This document shows, one piece after another, positions 9,969-18,325 of a stretch of 64,000 nucleotides of DNA. The stretch is from Thiobacillus sp. (GTDB lineage: Bacteria; Pseudomonadota; Gammaproteobacteria; Burkholderiales; Thiobacillaceae), in the NCBI GenBank assembly GCA_024709425.1, contig JANJWS010000074.1, forward strand, positions 3,970-67,969, written 5' to 3'. The notes beneath the pieces were generated by a model. It made no database searches and was not told the DNA's origin. It saw only the letters and a list, made by a program, of their open reading frames with translations. Each line of letters begins with the position of its first letter. Positions within the stretch are counted from its first letter, which is position 1. Made by a program: the position numbers and the translations under genes.

Positions 9969-10096
9969 ATCCGCGAAGGACGCGAAGGGACGCGAAGCTG
10001 GTTCCGATTGGGTGCAGGCATGTCACCAGCCCGTGCGCTGTCGCGAACTCTGGTTTGTCAGGGTTTTCTTCGCGTTTCTTCGCGTCCTTCGCGGAT
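9969..10096. repeat. 128-bp element with 29-bp imperfect terminal inverted repeats built from CGCGAAG units (MITE/REP-like)
   Basis: Left arm 9969-9997 ATCCGCGAAGGACGCGAAGGGACGCGAAG matches the reverse complement of 10068-10096 at 27/29 positions. Confidence 0.8.
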
Positions 10097-10116
10097 GAAA
10101 AAAGGGTTTTCATTTT

Positions 10117-11022
10117 CTAATCGCGCAGGTCGCGCCCGGTGAGCTTGAGGAACACGTCCTCGAGGTTCGACGGACGGTGCACGTAGCGCAGGCCCCGTGC
10201 CTGGTCGAGCGCGTCGATCACGCAGTCGGCATCGCTCGTGTAGCAGAACAGCGTTTCGCCGACGCGCTCGAAACGCTGGCAGATGGACGTCGCATGCCGG
10301 TCCATCCACTCGGGCAGGCCTTCGCCAAACACTTCGACCACTGCCGGTTCGATGTTCGACTCGATCAGCGCGCGCGGCGCGCCTTCGGCGACGATGGCGC
10401 CGTGGTCGAGGATGACCAGGCGGTCGGCGAGCCGTTCGGCCTCGTCCATGAAGTGGGTGGTGAGGACAATGGTCTTGCCGGCGTTGATCAGGCGCCGCAG
10501 GCCCTGCCAGATGAGGTGGCGCGCCTGTGGGTCGAGGCCGGTGGTCGGCTCGTCGAGAAACAGGATGTCGGGGTCGTTCACCAGCGCGCGCGCCAGCGTC
10601 AGCCGCCGTTTCATGCCGCCCGACAGTTGCGCGATGGGGGCGTCGGCCTTGCTGGCGAGGCCGGCGAAGTCGAGCAGCGCCGGGACACGCGCGACGATCG
10701 CGGCCTTCGACAGGCCGAAATAGCGGCCGTAGGCGATGAGATTTTCCCGTACGGTGAAGTCCGGGTCGAGGTTGTCCAGTTGCGGTACGACGCCGACCTT
10801 GCCGCGCGCCTCGCGCGCACGCTGCGGCACCGGCAGTCCGGCGAGTTCGATGCTGCCGGCATCGGGTTCGATGAGCCCGAGCAACAGGCGCAGCGTGGTG
10901 GTCTTGCCGGCGCCGTTGGGACCCAGCAGGCCGAAACATTCGCCATGGCGCACATCGAGATCGAGGCCGCGCACCACGGCGGTGCCGCCGTAGGTCTTGG
11001 TGAGCCCGCGCACGCTCAGCAC
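10117..11022 (-). CDS. nodI: ABC transporter ATP-binding protein, NodI-like
   Basis: [36 protein letters not shown]; GTG start 7 nt after GGAGG. Confidence 0.85.
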   Translation of the reverse strand: MLSVRGLTKTYGGTAVVRGLDLDVRHGECFGLLGPNGAGKTTTLRLLLGLIEPDAGSIELAGLPVPQRAREARGKVGVVPQLDNLDPDFTVRENLIAYGRYFGLSKAAIVARVPALLDFAGLASKADAPIAQLSGGMKRRLTLARALVNDPDILFLDEPTTGLDPQARHLIWQGLRRLINAGKTIVLTTHFMDEAERLADRLVILDHGAIVAEGAPRALIESNIEPAVVEVFGEGLPEWMDRHATSICQRFERVGETLFCYTSDADCVIDALDQARGLRYVHRPSNLEDVFLKLTGRDLRD

Positions 11023-11618
11023 GGACACGCCTCCAGGAAGGCCTGTTTCAGCTCCTTCAGCTTGCCGTGGAAAAAATGGCCGGCGCCGGGAATTTCCTTC
11101 ACCGGGAGGCTCTGTTGCTCCGCCCACAGGCGGATGGCCGCCGGCGGGATGAGTTCGTCGGCGTCGCCGTAAATCACCACCGTGTCGTCCGGCACCGGGT
11201 CGAATTCGTACATCGTGACCGCGGGCGCGACGAGGATCAGGCGCTTGGCGTGCAGTTCCTGGCGCAGGCGGTGCTGCACGAAGGCACCGAAGGAAAAGCC
11301 TGCCAGCGCCCAGGGCAGGCCGGGGTAGCTCGCCTCGACGAAGCGCGCCACGGCCAGCAGGTCGTCGGTCTCGCCGACGCCTGCGTCGAAGGCGCCGTCG
11401 CTCATGCCGACGCCGCGGAAGTTCGGTCGCACGCTGACCCAGCCGGCCTCGTTGGCGGCGCGGGCGAGCGTCGTCACCACCTTGTTGTCGAGGCTGCCGC
11501 CGTGCAGCGGGTGGGGGTGGGCGACCAGCAGCAGCCCGCGGCGCGTGGTCTCGGGGTCGTCGATCACGGTCTCCAGTTTGCCGATGGAAACCGGGATGCG
11601 CAGCTTGTAGCGTTTCAT
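11016..11618 (-). CDS. Alpha/beta hydrolase
   Basis: [19 protein letters not shown] nucleophile elbow, GHFFH. Confidence 0.88.
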   Translation of the reverse strand: MKRYKLRIPVSIGKLETVIDDPETTRRGLLLVAHPHPLHGGSLDNKVVTTLARAANEAGWVSVRPNFRGVGMSDGAFDAGVGETDDLLAVARFVEASYPGLPWALAGFSFGAFVQHRLRQELHAKRLILVAPAVTMYEFDPVPDDTVVIYGDADELIPPAAIRLWAEQQSLPVKEIPGAGHFFHGKLKELKQAFLEACPC

Positions 11619-11628
11619 CGGCGCCGCG

Positions 11629-11946
11629 TCACTTCACGCGCAGGCGATCGACGATCCGTCCTTGCTTGAGATGGGACTCGAAGATCTCGTCGATGTCGGC
11701 TTCATCGACGTAGGTGTACCAGACCGCTTCCGGATAGACCACCAGCAGCGGGCCCTCGTCGCAGCGGTCGAAGCAGCCGGCGGTGTTGATGCGGCATTGG
11801 CCTTCGCCGTTGAGGTCGGCCTGCTTGATTTTGCGCTTCAGGTAGTCGCGCATGCGCTGGCCGCCGGCGGCGCCGCAGCACTTGGCGCCGTCTTCGCGCT
11901 GGTTGGTGCAGAAGAACACGTGGTGGGCGTAATACGATTCGCTCAT
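11629..11946 (-). CDS. Thioredoxin-like [2Fe-2S] ferredoxin
   Basis: FFCTNQR...CC, GCFDRCDEGP, VVYPEAVWY. Confidence 0.9.
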   Translation of the reverse strand: MSESYYAHHVFFCTNQREDGAKCCGAAGGQRMRDYLKRKIKQADLNGEGQCRINTAGCFDRCDEGPLLVVYPEAVWYTYVDEADIDEIFESHLKQGRIVDRLRVK

Positions 11947-11947
11947 A

Positions 11948-12310
11948 TCAGAAGTCCGAGTATTTGAGGGCGTTGCCGTGGGCCTTGTCGACCGGGTACT
12001 TGCGCGCGTTGATGGCCAGCTTGTCGGTGGCGGCGGCGAGCAGGTCGATGTCGAGCAGGTCGGCGAGGCGCGTGAGGTAGATCAGCACATCGGCGATTTC
12101 CTGGCGCACGGCTTCGCGTTGAGTATCGTTGAGCGCCTGGCTTTCCTCGGCCGTCAGCCACTGAAAGGGCTCCAGCAGCTCCGCGGCCTCGACGGCCAGT
12201 GCGATCGCCAGATTCTTGGGCGTGTGGTAGCGTTCCCATGTCCGCGCTTCGGCGAAGGCACGGATGCGTTGGCGCAGGACGTCGAGGCTGTCGATCGGCG
12301 GTGTGTCCAT
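11948..12310 (-). CDS. MazG-like (RS21-C6/dCTPase-type) nucleotide pyrophosphohydrolase
   Basis: WERYHTPKNL, EAAELLEPFQW, EIADVLIYL, NARKYP. Confidence 0.88.
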   Translation of the reverse strand: MDTPPIDSLDVLRQRIRAFAEARTWERYHTPKNLAIALAVEAAELLEPFQWLTAEESQALNDTQREAVRQEIADVLIYLTRLADLLDIDLLAAATDKLAINARKYPVDKAHGNALKYSDF

Positions 12311-12420
12311 GGCGCCATGATACCGTGTCGGGCGACAGGCTTACGACACTGCTGTCGATCGACCGACGCGGCGCGCTGCCGCGAGGGACGCGACCGGCCG
12401 ATGTTACGCGGTTTTCGAGC

Positions 12421-12436
12421 TGGCTTGCCGATTGCT
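12421..12436 (+). promoter_or_regulatory. Putative sigma-54 (-24/-12) promoter for the EPS export operon
   Basis: TGGCTTGCCGATTGCT, GG-N10-GC with TTGCT, about 80 nt upstream of the wza start. Confidence 0.6.
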
Positions 12437-12518
12437 TGAGATGGACACCGATGCAAGCGGTTATACAATTCGCTCTGGCATAATGCCAACGGATTAACTG
12501 CATATAAGGGAGACGAGC

Positions 12519-13142
12519 ATGTTTTCGATCGACAAGCCCCTCGCGCGCGCCAGCATGGCGCTGGCCGTGGCCATCCTGGCCGGCTGTTCCTCGGCACCGA
12601 CCTACCCGCCTGCGCCCGAGCGCACTGGCCAGGTCGAATGGAACTACCTGGTCGGTCCGGGGGATTCGGTCCAGGTCTTCGTTTGGCGCAACCCCGAGGT
12701 GTCCGGCAGCTTCCCGGTGCGCCCGGACGGCAAGATGACCATGAACTTGGTCGAGGATCTGCAGGCATCCGGCAAGACCCCCACCCAGCTTGCGCGTGAC
12801 ATCGAGAAGGCGCTCTCCAAGTACATCCAGGAGCCCATCGTCACCGTCATCGTCGGCGGCGGCATCGGGCCGTTCGACCAGCAGATCCGCGTGGTGGGCG
12901 AAGCGGCCAAGCCGCAGGCGCTCAACTACCGGGAGAAGATGACTTTGGTCGACCTGATGATCGCGGTCGGCGGCCTCACTGACTTTGCCGCCGGCAACAA
13001 GGCCTACATCCTGCGTGGCAGCGGCGACAAGCAGGAACGTTTCGGCGTGCGCCTCGAAGACCTGCTCAAGGGGGGCGACATTTCCGCCAACGTCGACATG
13101 CGTCCGGGCGACGTGCTGGTCGTTCCCGAAAGCCTGTTCTAA
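12519..13142 (+). CDS. Polysaccharide export lipoprotein, XrtA/PEP-CTERM system (Wza-like; TIGR03027-like)
   Basis: Lipobox LAGC; YLVGPGD, VRPDGK, SLBB-like GGLTDFA; RBS AAGGGAG. Confidence 0.92.
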   Translation: MFSIDKPLARASMALAVAILAGCSSAPTYPPAPERTGQVEWNYLVGPGDSVQVFVWRNPEVSGSFPVRPDGKMTMNLVEDLQASGKTPTQLARDIEKALSKYIQEPIVTVIVGGGIGPFDQQIRVVGEAAKPQALNYREKMTLVDLMIAVGGLTDFAAGNKAYILRGSGDKQERFGVRLEDLLKGGDISANVDMRPGDVLVVPESLF

Positions 13143-13149
13143 ACCAGTA

Positions 13150-13171
13150 GGCGCCGCCCTCGGGCGGCGCC
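13150..13171. other. Perfect GC hairpin between the wza-like and chain-length genes
   Basis: GGCGCCGCCC-TC-GGGCGGCGCC. Confidence 0.5.
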
Positions 13172-13193
13172 CCGTGAAGGCGGAACGTTTCCT

Positions 13194-14729
13194 ATGGATC
13201 AAGTCCTCCAGCAAATCCTCGCCTACGCCAAGGCCGCCTGGCATCGCCGCTGGTGGGGCGTGGCCGTGGCCTGGCTGGTATGCATCGTTGGCTGGACCTG
13301 GGTGATGATGATCCCGGACCGCTACGAGGCTTCGGCGCGGGTGTATGTCGATACGCAGAGCCTGTTGAAACCGCTGCTCACCGGGCTGACGGTGGCGCCC
13401 AACGTCGACCAGCAGATCAAGCTCATGACGCGCCAGCTGGTCAGCCGCCCGACCCTGGAGAAGGTTGCGCGCATGACCGACCTCGATGTCCGGGCGAAGA
13501 CGCCGGAACAGACCGAGGCGATGCTGAACGACCTTGCCGGCAAGATTTCGATCGCCGATGCCGGGCGCGAGAATCTCTACACCATCGCCTACCAGGATCC
13601 GAACGCCGACCTGGCGAAGAAGGTGGTGCAATCGCTCCTCACCATCTTTGTCGAAACCAGCCTCGGCAAGACCCGCCAGGATATTTCCAGTTCCCAGCGC
13701 TTTATCGAGGAACAACTGCAGCAGTACCAGCAGAAGCTGGTCGAGGCGGAAAACGCGCTGACCGAGTTCAAGCGCAAGAACATCGGCATGATGCCGGGCG
13801 AAGGCGGCAATTACTATACGAAGCTGGCCGAGGCTTCGGCGCAATTGCGCCAAGCGCAGCTGGATCAGCAGGAGGCGGTGAATCGGCGCAACCAGCTGAA
13901 ACGGCAATTGACCGACGAGGAACCCGAACTCACGGCGGCTGCGGCCGCGGCGGCCAGCAATCCCGAGATCGACAATCGCATCCAGGCTCTGCAGAAGCAG
14001 ATGGATCAACTGCGCCTGCAATACACCGACCTGCATCCTGATATTCAGTCGACCAAGCGGCTGATCGAGAAACTGGAAGCGCAGAAGAAGACCGATGCCG
14101 CGGCGAACAAGAGCAATCCCGCAGGTGCCCGGATCCAGAATCCGGTGTATCAGCAGCTCACCATCGCCATCGCGGAGGCGGATGCCACCGTGTCCTCGCT
14201 CGGTGCAAGGGTGGCGGAGTTCCAGCGCCGCTACAACGAGTTACGCAACGCGTCCAACATGATCCCCCAGGTCGAGCAGGAATACACGCAGCTGATGCGT
14301 GACTACGATGTTTACCGGCAGAACTACGATGCGCTGCTGAAGCGTCGCGAATCGGTCACCATGTCGGGCGAAGTCGAGAGCAAGACCGACACCGTTGACT
14401 TCCGCGTCATCGATCCTCCCTTCGTTCCGAGCCAGCCCGCATGGCCCAACCGGCCGCTGCTGCTGTCGCTGGTGACACTGGGCGCGCTCGGCGCCGGTAT
14501 CGCGGTGGCCTTTCTGTTGAGCCAGCTGCGGCGCACCGTGGTCGACCGGCGTGCCCTGCGCGAACTCACGGGGCTGCCGCTGCTGGGGGCCGTATCGAGA
14601 GTGGAAACCGAAGAAAGCCGTCGCCGCAAGCGCAAGGGCCTGCTCGCCTATCTGGCGACGCTGGGTGGACTGCTCGTCGCCTATGGTGGGGTGATGATCC
14701 TGCAACTGCTGGTTTCGCGCGCGGCCTAG
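13194..14729 (+). CDS. Polysaccharide chain-length determinant, XrtA system (TIGR03007-like)
   Basis: Two TM segments flanking a coiled coil; ARVYVDTQS, HPD, VIDPP..P..PNRP. Confidence 0.92.
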   Translation: MDQVLQQILAYAKAAWHRRWWGVAVAWLVCIVGWTWVMMIPDRYEASARVYVDTQSLLKPLLTGLTVAPNVDQQIKLMTRQLVSRPTLEKVARMTDLDVRAKTPEQTEAMLNDLAGKISIADAGRENLYTIAYQDPNADLAKKVVQSLLTIFVETSLGKTRQDISSSQRFIEEQLQQYQQKLVEAENALTEFKRKNIGMMPGEGGNYYTKLAEASAQLRQAQLDQQEAVNRRNQLKRQLTDEEPELTAAAAAAASNPEIDNRIQALQKQMDQLRLQYTDLHPDIQSTKRLIEKLEAQKKTDAAANKSNPAGARIQNPVYQQLTIAIAEADATVSSLGARVAEFQRRYNELRNASNMIPQVEQEYTQLMRDYDVYRQNYDALLKRRESVTMSGEVESKTDTVDFRVIDPPFVPSQPAWPNRPLLLSLVTLGALGAGIAVAFLLSQLRRTVVDRRALRELTGLPLLGAVSRVETEESRRRKRKGLLAYLATLGGLLVAYGGVMILQLLVSRAA

Positions 14730-14737
14730 GAGAACGC

Positions 14738-15682
14738 ATGAGCATCATCGAAAAAGCAGCGGGCAAGCTTGGCGCGGGTACGCCGCAGCCGGCCCCGCCG
14801 GCCGAGGTCGGGATCGAGCGGCCGCGCGATGGCAGCCTGATCGAGCACGCGCTCGACAAGCAGCGCAGCAGCCCCGCGCCGGCTTTCGTCGCGACTCCGG
14901 TCGAGCCGATGTTCAACGCGCCAGACACGCAGCAGATGGAAGGCGGCAGCCAGGTGCAGTCGATCAACCTGGCACGGTTGCATCGCATGGGGGTGGTTTC
15001 GCCCGATGCCGAGAAGAGCCAGATCGCCGAGGAATTCCGGATCATCAAGCGCCCGCTCATCGCCAATGCCTTCGGCCGGGGCGCCGCGCGGGTGAAGAAC
15101 GGCAATCTCATCATGGTCACCAGTTCGCTGCCGGGCGAAGGCAAGAGCTTCTGCGCGATCAACCTGGCGATCTCGATGGCGATGGAAATGGACCGCACCG
15201 TGCTCCTGGTCGACGCCGATGTGGCCAAGCCCCGCGTTCCCGAATACCTCGGTATCCATGCCGACAAGGGCCTGCTTGACGTGTTGCAGGACAAGGATCT
15301 CAAGCTTTCCGACGTGCTCATTCGCACCGACATCGCCAAGCTTACCGTGCTGCCGGCCGGCCGCACGTACAAGCGCGCCACCGAGCTCCTGGCGAGCGCG
15401 GCGATGACCCGCCTGGTCGAGGATATCGGCAACCGCTACCCGGACCGTATAATCCTGTTCGACTCGCCGCCACTGCTGGCGACCAGCGAATCCAGCGTGC
15501 TGGCGACGCACATGGGCCAGATCGTCATGGTGGTGGAGGCCGAACGCACCTCGCAGGAAGCGGTGCGCGAGGCCCTGAGCCACATCCAGTCGTGCGAGGT
15601 GGTGGGCATGCTGCTCAACAAGACCACTCCGACCCCCGGGGCGGATTACTACTATGGTTACTATGGCAGTTACGGCAAATAA
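14738..15682 (+). CDS. BY-kinase tyrosine autokinase, XrtA system (TIGR03018-like)
   Basis: TSSLPGEGKS Walker A, LLVDAD, LFDSPP, C-terminal Tyr cluster YYYGYYGSY. Confidence 0.92.
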   Translation: MSIIEKAAGKLGAGTPQPAPPAEVGIERPRDGSLIEHALDKQRSSPAPAFVATPVEPMFNAPDTQQMEGGSQVQSINLARLHRMGVVSPDAEKSQIAEEFRIIKRPLIANAFGRGAARVKNGNLIMVTSSLPGEGKSFCAINLAISMAMEMDRTVLLVDADVAKPRVPEYLGIHADKGLLDVLQDKDLKLSDVLIRTDIAKLTVLPAGRTYKRATELLASAAMTRLVEDIGNRYPDRIILFDSPPLLATSESSVLATHMGQIVMVVEAERTSQEAVREALSHIQSCEVVGMLLNKTTPTPGADYYYGYYGSYGK

Positions 15683-17201
15683 GCGGAAACCCGGTGCCCG
15701 GTTTTCTGGGTGGTGCAGACAAGCTCCCTTGGCTGGAGCTTTTTGTATTTTGATGGGGGGAGGGTTCGCGCTGCCGGCGAGCGCGCTCGACTGGCGCTTC
15801 GAGCCGAGTATCGACGCCTCGGCGACCCTGACCGACAATGCGGGCCATGCGGCGAGCGATGAATCGGAAGCCCTGATCCTGCGGGTGGCTCCCGGATTCA
15901 CACTGCGCTCCGTCGACTCGCGGCGGGTCCAGGCCGGCATGCGGTATGGGCTGTCCGGGGTGGCGCGCTTCGGTGATGACCAGAATGACAGCATCTTCCA
16001 CAACCTGAATGCCTTCGGCAAGGCCGAACTGGTCGACGATTTCGTGTTCATCGATGCCAGCGCGCGGGTTTCGCAGGAACTGATCGACCTTCTGGGTTCG
16101 CCGGCCGACGCCTCGATCGACGACAACAACCGCGCGACCGTCGGTACCTATTCGGTCAGTCCGTATGTCCGCAAACGTCTCGGTACGTTCGCCGATACCG
16201 AACTTCGATACACCGCCAGCGGTGCGATCTTCGAGAACGATGTCGCCGGCACTTCGACCGTGAACGCAGTCGCCGCCAGATTGACCAGCGGCACCCGCTT
16301 CGACGACATGAGCTGGTCGGTCGATTACTCGCTGCGCGACGCCACCAACCGCGATGATGTCGACACCACGTTCGAAAGCGCCAGCCTTACGCTGGGTTAT
16401 GCGCTGACCCGCAAGTTCCGCGTGTTCGGCACCGCAGGGCAGGAATGGAACGATTACCCGCACATCGCGGGTACGGATATCGACGGGGCGTTCTACAGTG
16501 TCGGTTTCGGCTGGTCGCCTTCGCGGCGCACCAGCATCGAGGCTTCCGTGGGGGATCGCTATTTGGGTAACACCTACAGCCTGACGGCGAGCCATCGCAC
16601 ACGGGTGACGAACTGGAATGTCAGTTATGCCGAGGACCTGAGCGATCTGACCCAGTTCCTACAGAACAGCGGAACGGTTTACGACTATCTGTGTCTTGGC
16701 CCGGATGGCAGTCTGGCGCTTGTCGAAAACTGGCCTTACAACTTCCCGCCTTCACCCGATTGTCTTGCCTTCGGCGGCACGCCGGGGCTCGTGTACGATT
16801 TGCGTAGTGGCGTGTTCATCGCGAAGACGCTTCGCGCCGGGGTAAGCTGGAATCTGCGCAAACTGACCTACGCGCTGACCTATAGCGACTCCCGTCGGAT
16901 CTACACGGCGGTCGACGCCGAGGACCGGACAAACAGCCTCGGCGCAAGCGTCTCCTACCGCATGACGGCGAAGACGTCGGCCAATGCCGCGGTGACGCTG
17001 ACTCGTACGCAGGTGCCCACACCGCTGGCGACCATTGCGCGCGACGACGACTTGATGGCACTCAGTATCGGTGTGAACCACCGTTTCTCCGACAAGCTGA
17101 ATGGCGCGTTGATTTTCCGCCACACGCAACGGGATTCGAACGTCGCCGCTTCCGATTACGACGAAAACAGCCTCACCGGGTCGGTCAACCTGCGCTTCTG
17201 A
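15654..17201 (+). CDS. PEP-CTERM system outer-membrane beta-barrel protein (TIGR03016-like)
   Basis: Signal peptide, amphipathic beta strands, C-terminal Phe (VNLRF); canonical position. Confidence 0.85.
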   Translation: MVTMAVTANKRKPGARFSGWCRQAPLAGAFCILMGGGFALPASALDWRFEPSIDASATLTDNAGHAASDESEALILRVAPGFTLRSVDSRRVQAGMRYGLSGVARFGDDQNDSIFHNLNAFGKAELVDDFVFIDASARVSQELIDLLGSPADASIDDNNRATVGTYSVSPYVRKRLGTFADTELRYTASGAIFENDVAGTSTVNAVAARLTSGTRFDDMSWSVDYSLRDATNRDDVDTTFESASLTLGYALTRKFRVFGTAGQEWNDYPHIAGTDIDGAFYSVGFGWSPSRRTSIEASVGDRYLGNTYSLTASHRTRVTNWNVSYAEDLSDLTQFLQNSGTVYDYLCLGPDGSLALVENWPYNFPPSPDCLAFGGTPGLVYDLRSGVFIAKTLRAGVSWNLRKLTYALTYSDSRRIYTAVDAEDRTNSLGASVSYRMTAKTSANAAVTLTRTQVPTPLATIARDDDLMALSIGVNHRFSDKLNGALIFRHTQRDSNVAASDYDENSLTGSVNLRF

Positions 17202-17215
17202 CCGGCCGGCCGGCA

Positions 17216-17231
17216 TGGCATGGCCATTGCT
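17216..17231 (+). promoter_or_regulatory. Putative internal sigma-54 promoter
   Basis: TGGCATGGCCATTGCT is a near-perfect match to TGGCAC-N5-TTGCW, in the intergenic gap before the ATPase. Confidence 0.7.
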
Positions 17232-17284
17232 ATGTCCTGTGTGCGCGCTGCCTTGGCGCGCGTTGTCCAGACAACGGATTGCCC

Positions 17285-18319
17285 ATGTACGAAGATTATT
17301 ACCGCTTCAGTGCCAAGCCTTTTCAGCTCAATCCCGACCCGCGCTTCTTCTTCGGTTCCAAGGGGCACAAGCGGGCGATGGCCTATCTGGATTATGGCCT
17401 GTCGCTGGGCGAGGGGTTCATCGTCATCACCGGGGAGGTGGGGGCGGGGAAAACCACCCTGGTGCGCAACCTGTTCCGCCAGCTCGATGCGCACAATCTG
17501 ATTGCAGCGCAGCTCGTCTCGACGCAACTGGATGCGGAAGACACGCTGCGCAGTGTCGCAGCCTCGTTTGGCCTGGAGCACGAGGGACTCACCAAGTCGG
17601 CGTTGCTGAAGAACCTGGAGGATTTCCTCGCCGCGGCTGCGCGCCAGGGCAAGCGCGCCCTGCTGGTTGTCGACGAAGCACAGAATCTGACGCAGCGTGC
17701 AGTCGAGGAGCTGCGCATGCTGTCCAACTTCCAGAATAACGAGCGCTCGCTGATCCAGACCTTCCTGCTCGGACAGCCGGAATTCCGCGGTATCCTGCAG
17801 AGTCCGGACATGCAGCAGCTGCGCCAGCGCGTCGTGGCCTCCTACCATCTCGGCCCGCTCGATCCCGAGGAGACGCGCGGCTATATCGAACACCGGCTGC
17901 GCACGGTCGGCTGGCAGGGCAAGCCGTCTTTCGACGATGCCGCGTTTGCTGCACTGCATCGCTTCACTGGCGGCATTCCGCGTCGTCTCAACACGACCTG
18001 CGACCGCCTGCTGCTGTTCGGATACCTGGAAGAGAAAAACCATTTCGGTGAGGCCGAGGTCAGCGAGGTGATCGCCGACCTGAAGAACGAGGTGGCACAC
18101 CAGGACTTCCACGGGGTGGCGGGGATCAACCACGCGAGTGCGACCGGCAACGGCATCGCGGGAGAGGACACCGCGCACCTTGCACACCGCATCGAGCAGG
18201 TCGAGCGCTCGGTCAACCGCATCCTGCCCATCGTGCGCAAGATCCTCTACACGGTGAGCGAGCGCCATGCCGCAGCGGAAGATGACAGCGTGCCGGAACG
18301 CCGCGCCAGCGAACTGTAG
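17285..18319 (+). CDS. ExeA-like AAA ATPase, XrtA/PEP-CTERM system (TIGR03015-like)
   Basis: PFQLNPDP, GEVGAGKTT, VVDEAQNL, LLGQPEF, GIPRRLN. Confidence 0.92.
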   Translation: MYEDYYRFSAKPFQLNPDPRFFFGSKGHKRAMAYLDYGLSLGEGFIVITGEVGAGKTTLVRNLFRQLDAHNLIAAQLVSTQLDAEDTLRSVAASFGLEHEGLTKSALLKNLEDFLAAAARQGKRALLVVDEAQNLTQRAVEELRMLSNFQNNERSLIQTFLLGQPEFRGILQSPDMQQLRQRVVASYHLGPLDPEETRGYIEHRLRTVGWQGKPSFDDAAFAALHRFTGGIPRRLNTTCDRLLLFGYLEEKNHFGEAEVSEVIADLKNEVAHQDFHGVAGINHASATGNGIAGEDTAHLAHRIEQVERSVNRILPIVRKILYTVSERHAAAEDDSVPERRASEL

Positions 18320-18325
18320 ACTGCC

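Noticed and set aside
7283-10021. 912-aa minus-strand ORF
   Set aside because: Overlaps lipA and HD-GYP antisense and nodJ out of frame; Arg/Ala/His-rich shadow composition.
9961-10116. Possible CRISPR array from the CGCGAAG repeats
   Set aside because: Units are 9-10 nt with no unique spacers, they are arranged as inverted arms, and there are no cas genes.
9175-11022. Nod-factor (symbiosis) locus suggested by nodIJ, sulfotransferases and a deacetylase
   Set aside because: No nodA, nodC or nodD recognisable; NodIJ-like pairs are common in non-symbiotic betaproteobacteria.
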